Shown: positions 59,001-64,000 of the stretch, in pieces
How positions within the stretch are numbered: position 1 is the stretch's first letter
Layout of the letters: every line of letters begins with the position of its first letter
Assembly (NCBI GenBank): GCA_002269645.1
Contig: NIVC01000835.1
Span: forward strand, 248,001 to 312,000
Reading direction: 5' to 3'
Source of the DNA: Macrostomum lignano
Taxonomy: Eukaryota
Length of the DNA stretch: 64,000 bases
The notes under the pieces: generated by a model
The model's database searches: none
Told to the model about the DNA's origin: nothing
What the model saw: only the letters and a program-made list of their open reading frames with translations
Translations under genes and position numbers: made by a program

Positions 59001-62000
59001 ATGAGACCAGAAATATCACCCTAGAATTATGAATGAGACCAGAAATATCACCCTAGAATTATGAATGAGACCAGAAACTGAAATATCACCCTAGAATTAT
59101 GAATGAGACCAGAAATCTCACCCTAGAATTATGAATGAGACCAGAAATCTCACCCTAGAATTATGAATGAGACCAGAAATCTCGCTCTAGAATCGTCAAT
59201 GAGACCAGAAATCTCACCCTAGAATTATGAATGAGACCAGAAATTTCACCCTAGAATTATGAATGAGACCAGAAATCTCACCCTAGAATTATGAATGAGA
59301 CCAGAAATATCACCCTAGAATTATGAATGAGACCAGAAATATCACCCTAGAATTATGAATGAGACCAGAAATATCACCCTAGAATTATGAATGAGACCAG
59401 AAATATCACCCTAGAATTATGAATGAGACCAGAAACTGAAATATCACCCTAGAATTATGAATGAGACCAGAAATCTCACCCTAGAATTATGAATGAGACC
59501 AGAAATCTCACCCTAGAATTATGAATGAGACCAGAAATCTCGCTCTAGAATCGTCAATGAGACCAGAAATCTCACCCTAGAATTATGAATGAGACCAGAA
59601 ATTTCACCCTAGAATTATGAATGAGACCAGAAATCTCACCCTAGAATTATGAATGAGACCAGAAATTTCACCCTAGAATTATGAATGAGACCAGAAATAT
59701 CACCCTAGAATTATGAATGAGACCAGAAATCTCACCCTAGAATTATGAATGAGACCAGAAATCTCACCCTAGAATTATGAATGAGACCAGAAATCTCACT
59801 CTAGAATTATGAATGAGACCAGAAATCTTACTCTAGACTCGTCAATGAGACCAGAAATCTCACTTTAGAATTGTCAATAAGACCAGAAATCTCACTCTAG
59901 AATCGTCAATGAGACCAGAAATCTCACTTTAGAATTGTCAATAAGACCAGAAATCTCAACCTAGAACTATGAATGAGACCTGAAATGACCATAGAATAAT
60001 GAATGAGAACTGAACTGTCATCATAGGATTGAGACCTGAAGCCTTAGTCTATGAATATCAGACTTAAAACTGCACCATTTGGTATATCAGACCCCTCCTG
60101 TGAGTATAGGAGCCAAAATGACATTATTAAATTTTCCAAAATTGTACTGTCTTTCTACTAGCGCATCAAACAAAAATCAACAAATCAACAAACTCATATA
60201 CCTATCTCCTCCACTGAGTAGAGCTCTCGCCAAAATCTTCTGTGCTTGCAGTCGTCTTTTGGTGCATAAACATAAGTGTTCATCTGCATGGACTTCATGC
60301 GTTGGAACAGCTCCTTGCGCTGATCTGATGTCCATGGTCGGCCATAGAAGCCTAAATGTATATGTGGATTTGGTTAGAAATTATTATGTATATTACAGAA
60401 AGTATACTAATATGTAGTTATTTGTTTAGCTCCCTATAGTCAGGAAGGTGGCACTTTTATTGTACTAGAATTTTCTAGTGCAAAAAAGGATTCTATATCT
60501 TGCACTCAATGTACATACTTAGCCTTATGTTATAGTATAAGTACTATTCTTTAATACACAGTGCATATTTACCTTAATAGCTAAAGAATAGTTCTAACGC
60601 ATACACTATACTAATTTGTTAATTATAAAGCTCCTGTGTATTAAATTAATTATCAAATTCAAACTTGTACTATAAAAATTAAGAGACAATTTTAAACAAT
60701 CATTAAACACCTTTGAAAGTATAAAATAAATTTTAGAGTTCAATCTTATTAACTTCATATTAAATATGCACATTTATTAGTCATTATAAACAAACTGTTG
60801 CAACATATATTTTAAACATTAGAAAAAAACAAATTTTCTTGCTAGAAACTATCTAAAATTAGATACATGTATGCTAGAAAATTATAGCATACAGGAACTG
60901 GAGTATGCTGGTCATTGGCATACAACTTGGTATATGAAGGGGCTAACATGCCTTCTCAAACATATAGTCTAATATATAAAGATTGCCAAAATAGCAGATA
61001 GAACCAAATTGCAAGTCCTAACCAATGTACTATGCTTGATATACAAAAAATGACCAAGTTTAAGTTTTAGAATAGGCTCCACATGCATAGTTTTTTTATT
61101 AGAGGCAGGAGGGTTGTGTGCACCCTGGCGCACTTTAGGCAACATAGGCACACAACTGGCGAGAGGCATTACTGCCCATTCTGCCGACTAAAATGAGCAG
61201 GCATACAAGCGCACAGATATGTTACGCAGACACACACTCACACAGGAGTGTACAGCGGCCCTAACTTTATCAATTGTTAGGCATGTACATTTCACTGCGC
61301 CTTGGGGGGTTGGCTCTCAAGGCGTTAATTGCACAGGCGAGCCAAGCCGAAATTCCAATTCAGCCCCAAATTAATGTGGCTGCACTTGGAATCGAGCCTG
61401 GGTCGCGGCACACCAGAGCAGCTGCGCTACTGCTGGGCTACGGCCCCCCTCCACATGCATAGTTGGAATAGCTGAATTTTGATCAAAAGGAATATCTCTA
61501 AAAAAACATAGATAACTAAAAAAGAAACTATGAAAAACAAAAAGAATTAAAATAAACTAATTCTTTTCTTTATAGAAATTAGTTCAATAGAATACTAACA
61601 AGTTTATATTTATTTTTGCTAAGATTAATTAAGATTTTTAGCCTAAAATATTGTTTTGTCATTTTTTGTATTTGTCTTAGTATATTCTTATGTACAATAT
61701 TAGCCCATTGGTATAGATTTATTTTTTTAACTTTGCACTACTAGCAAAGAATACTAATAGTAAAAGTTTGAAAACTACTAGCTAATAGACAAAATCTATA
61801 TAAAAAAAGAATAAAAACCATTAATTTTAAATATAACTTATGTACTTTTATGCAAGTTGGTCTATATTTACTATAAATAATTATAAAGAACAATGTATCA
61901 CAAGTATTTAAAATGTAGTTTACTATAAGATTAGTTAAAAAAATAATTTTTTTTAAATTCGATTGGTAGATAGTAAAATTTATAGTAGTTATTATGATTG

Positions 62001-63133
62001 TATAGATAATAAAATAGTTCTTTTTATAATAAATGCATAAGACATCATCTGGGCTTAAGGTTTTAACTTAATGTAACTAAATAAATAGCAAAACTTTTCA
62101 TAGTTACTATATATATAAAATAAAATAGCTTTGCCACTTATGAAAAAATAATTATTCATCTCCAAAATGATATATAAAATCTTACCATTAGATTAACAGT
62201 TAACAATTATATTGAGTAAGCTGTAAGCTAGGCCTAGCTAAAGTCACTGACAAAAACACTATAATATAACTATAATATATTCCAGTGTGTAGATCATATA
62301 TCCATATATGCCGGACCAAATTCGGGCATCAAGGACTTTGTACACCAATGTATGCCAAAAACAAAATGTTGCACTAAAATGTATGCCAAAAATTTTTAAA
62401 AAAGGTAATTTGGTTTTCACAAATAGTTTTCTAAGAAAGGCTTTTGTATGAAAAATGTTTTCAAAATATTATGAATATTTTCAAATTAAACAAACTTAAA
62501 TTATACCTACAAAAAATATAATGCAAAATTGATACTCTTATCAAAAATTTACACTAATTTTATTCATTGTTAATTTCAAAGAAGCAAAAATCTTATCATT
62601 GACGATACAAATTTTCTGTTACTTTACATAAAAATGTTAATTTATATTACAATTTTCATGCATGGCATGAATTTATTCACCAAAATTTATACACTGATTG
62701 TATATGCCAAGGACTTAGGGTGGCTGTTTTGTATGCCAGAAAAGTTCCAGCGTATATGCATACCATCTGCAACCTGGAATGTATTGATATTAATTATTAT
62801 TAACATGTTTCTAATTATTTTCAAACTTAATAGCCTTTTATTATTTACATTGCAAATTTGTTACTTAATTTAGAATCTAGATGGTTTTTGTTTTATGTGT
62901 TAACCATAAAAATAACTATCTTGCTATTTGTATGCTACATGGTCAATGTAATAAAAACAACTGCCTAAATGTAAATAATAAATTTTAATAACTTATATTA
63001 TTTATTATAATATTGATTATATGAGTATGACCACTCTAGTTAAATACATACATACCAACATATGATACATTGATTAAGACAAGATTTTAGGTAGTACTTA
63101 CCTTCAACAACACCACAAAGAAAGGTGTTTGAT
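50044..63133 (-). CDS. OGA: O-GlcNAcase (MGEA5, GH84 plus pseudo-HAT); exons 63133-63102, 60351-60202, 58229-57625, 56661-56281, 55366-54985, 51478-50820, 50391-50044; first exon(s) not identified
   Basis: FLCGVVE|GFYGRPW...[25 protein letters not shown], catalytic [69 protein letters not shown] and C-terminal LKTNGSPG...LGRPI all match OGA. Exon lengths sum to an open frame. Confidence 0.96.
50395..50705. repeat. Intronic minisatellite, 22-bp unit CTACTTGAATCTGCCCAATCCG
   Basis: Abuts the acceptor of the last OGA exon. Confidence 0.95.
51570..51990. repeat. Intronic minisatellite, 30-bp unit AGCAGGGAGATTGTAGGGAAGGACTGGGGT
   Basis: About 14 copies in an OGA intron. Confidence 0.95.
53628..54782. 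repeat. Intronic minisatellite, 22-bp unit GAACAAGGATACCAAGGATCGT with higher-order repeats
   Basis: About 52 copies; the variant block GACACC-GACACC-GATATC-GATATA-GATATAAAA recurs. Confidence 0.97.
55510..56252. repeat. Intronic minisatellite, 24-bp unit GACTAGAGACTAGCCAGAAACAAA
   Basis: Begins ~30 nt after the donor at 56280. Confidence 0.95.
56720..57560. repeat. Degenerate intronic repeat of GGAAATCCYAAGGAGG-like units
   Basis: Recurrent GGAAATC/GGGAATC motif every ~20 bp across OGA intron 57624-56662. Confidence 0.8.
58280..59990. repeat. Intronic minisatellite, 32-bp unit GAATTATGAATGAGACCAGAAAT(A/C)TCACCCTA with higher-order duplication
   Basis: About 52 copies; the marker units CAGAAACTGAAA and CGCTCTAGAATCGTC each recur three times. 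Confidence 0.97.
61100..61450 (-). mobile_element. Near full-length SINE family B copy in an OGA intron
   Basis: A-box-like GTAGCCCAGCAGTAG (61441-61427), B-box-like GGCTCGATTCC (61398-61388), and a body homologous to 16455-16650. Forms a GC-richer island in AT-rich DNA. Confidence 0.7.
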
Positions 63134-64000
63134 CTGTTATGCATAGGCCTAATACTACTAGGTAGCTAAACAGGGTGAAATATGAAGTAGGAAGGTCTCT
63201 CAAGGACTGGTAAAAGATATATACTAATTTAACAGCACTTTTACTACTATAGATTGCAATAAATTAAAATCACCAAATGTAGCAGAAAATTTATAAATAA
63301 TTTAAATCTTACTGCAATATTTAATATGCAGGTTAATGCCTACTAAAATTAGGAAGTTCTCGCAAGAATGAAAAATTATATTACATAATATGAAATACAA
63401 AAAATGTGAAACTGGTAAAGCTTTACACGCGAAAACGATAATATAGTATTTGCAAGTTTAAAAACTTTATAGGCAGCAAGCCAGTTCGGTCGATGTCAAT
63501 CAATAAATAACTGGAAAAAACTGGAACGAAAAATGAAAAATAGAAGCTAGAACTAAAAATTGACAGGCATCAAGCATTTATGTACATAATTCAGTGTAAT
63601 TTAAATATAATATTTTAAAATAAGCGCTATTGAAGTACCTTTATTTAATACAAAGGTTTTTTGTTTGTTATTTGTTTGAACCGTGTTTTTTTGTTTTGTT
63701 TCTAAAATTGCTATTTAAAATTAGCTTAAATCTAACTTCTTCGGATAAATTATAAGGCCTTTTCATATTGCTTGTTCTGGTTCTAGAACCAGAGGTCCAG
63801 ATCCATTTGTAAAGTATAACTTTTTGTCTTCTAAACTAGAGGGATATAAGTGCTTAAAAGTTGTGATTATTGAATGGCAATAGCCAAGAAGAAGGTGAAA
63901 AATTGTGCAAAGTGAAGCTGTAAGGCAGTCAAACATTCAGCCAAGTTAAATAGTTATACTTGCTTTTTTCTTGGAAGATCCGAATTAATTCTGGTTCTGG

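Noticed and set aside
905-59990. CRISPR-like appearance of regularly spaced 20-40-bp repeats
   Set aside because: Units are head-to-tail with no unique spacers, there are no cas genes, and the context is eukaryotic introns.

Overview
Metazoan genomic DNA with spliceosomal GT-AG introns and GC-rich codons. The dense 18-40 bp minisatellites resemble a Macrostomum-type free-living flatworm, but that is inference, not proof. I can reconstruct nine protein-coding genes. Plus strand: the 3' part of PTDSS1, intronless-CDS RPS23, OTUD6B and a short THAP zinc-finger gene. Minus strand: O-GlcNAcase (OGA, 5' end outside the window), a very divergent SLC6-like transporter, MAP3K2/3 (MEKK2/3), LTV1 and a DUSP22/15-like phosphatase. 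About 26 tandem arrays fill most long introns and spacers, nearly all with their own unit. All very long ORFs in the track are artefacts of these arrays. Mobile DNA includes a 1.1-kb non-autonomous hAT element with a perfect 8-bp TSD, two fold-back MITEs and tRNA-derived SINEs (one family in three copies). The most interesting unexplained structure is fourfold. (1) A strand-oriented C-rich/TGTACA minisatellite family sits in spacers between co-directional genes. (2) Genes are arranged operon-like, with orphan 3' splice acceptors just upstream of start codons. (3) There are sharply bounded CpG-free blocks plus a recurrent CpA/TpG to TpA change. (4) Short templated insertions appear copied from nearby sequence into arrays.
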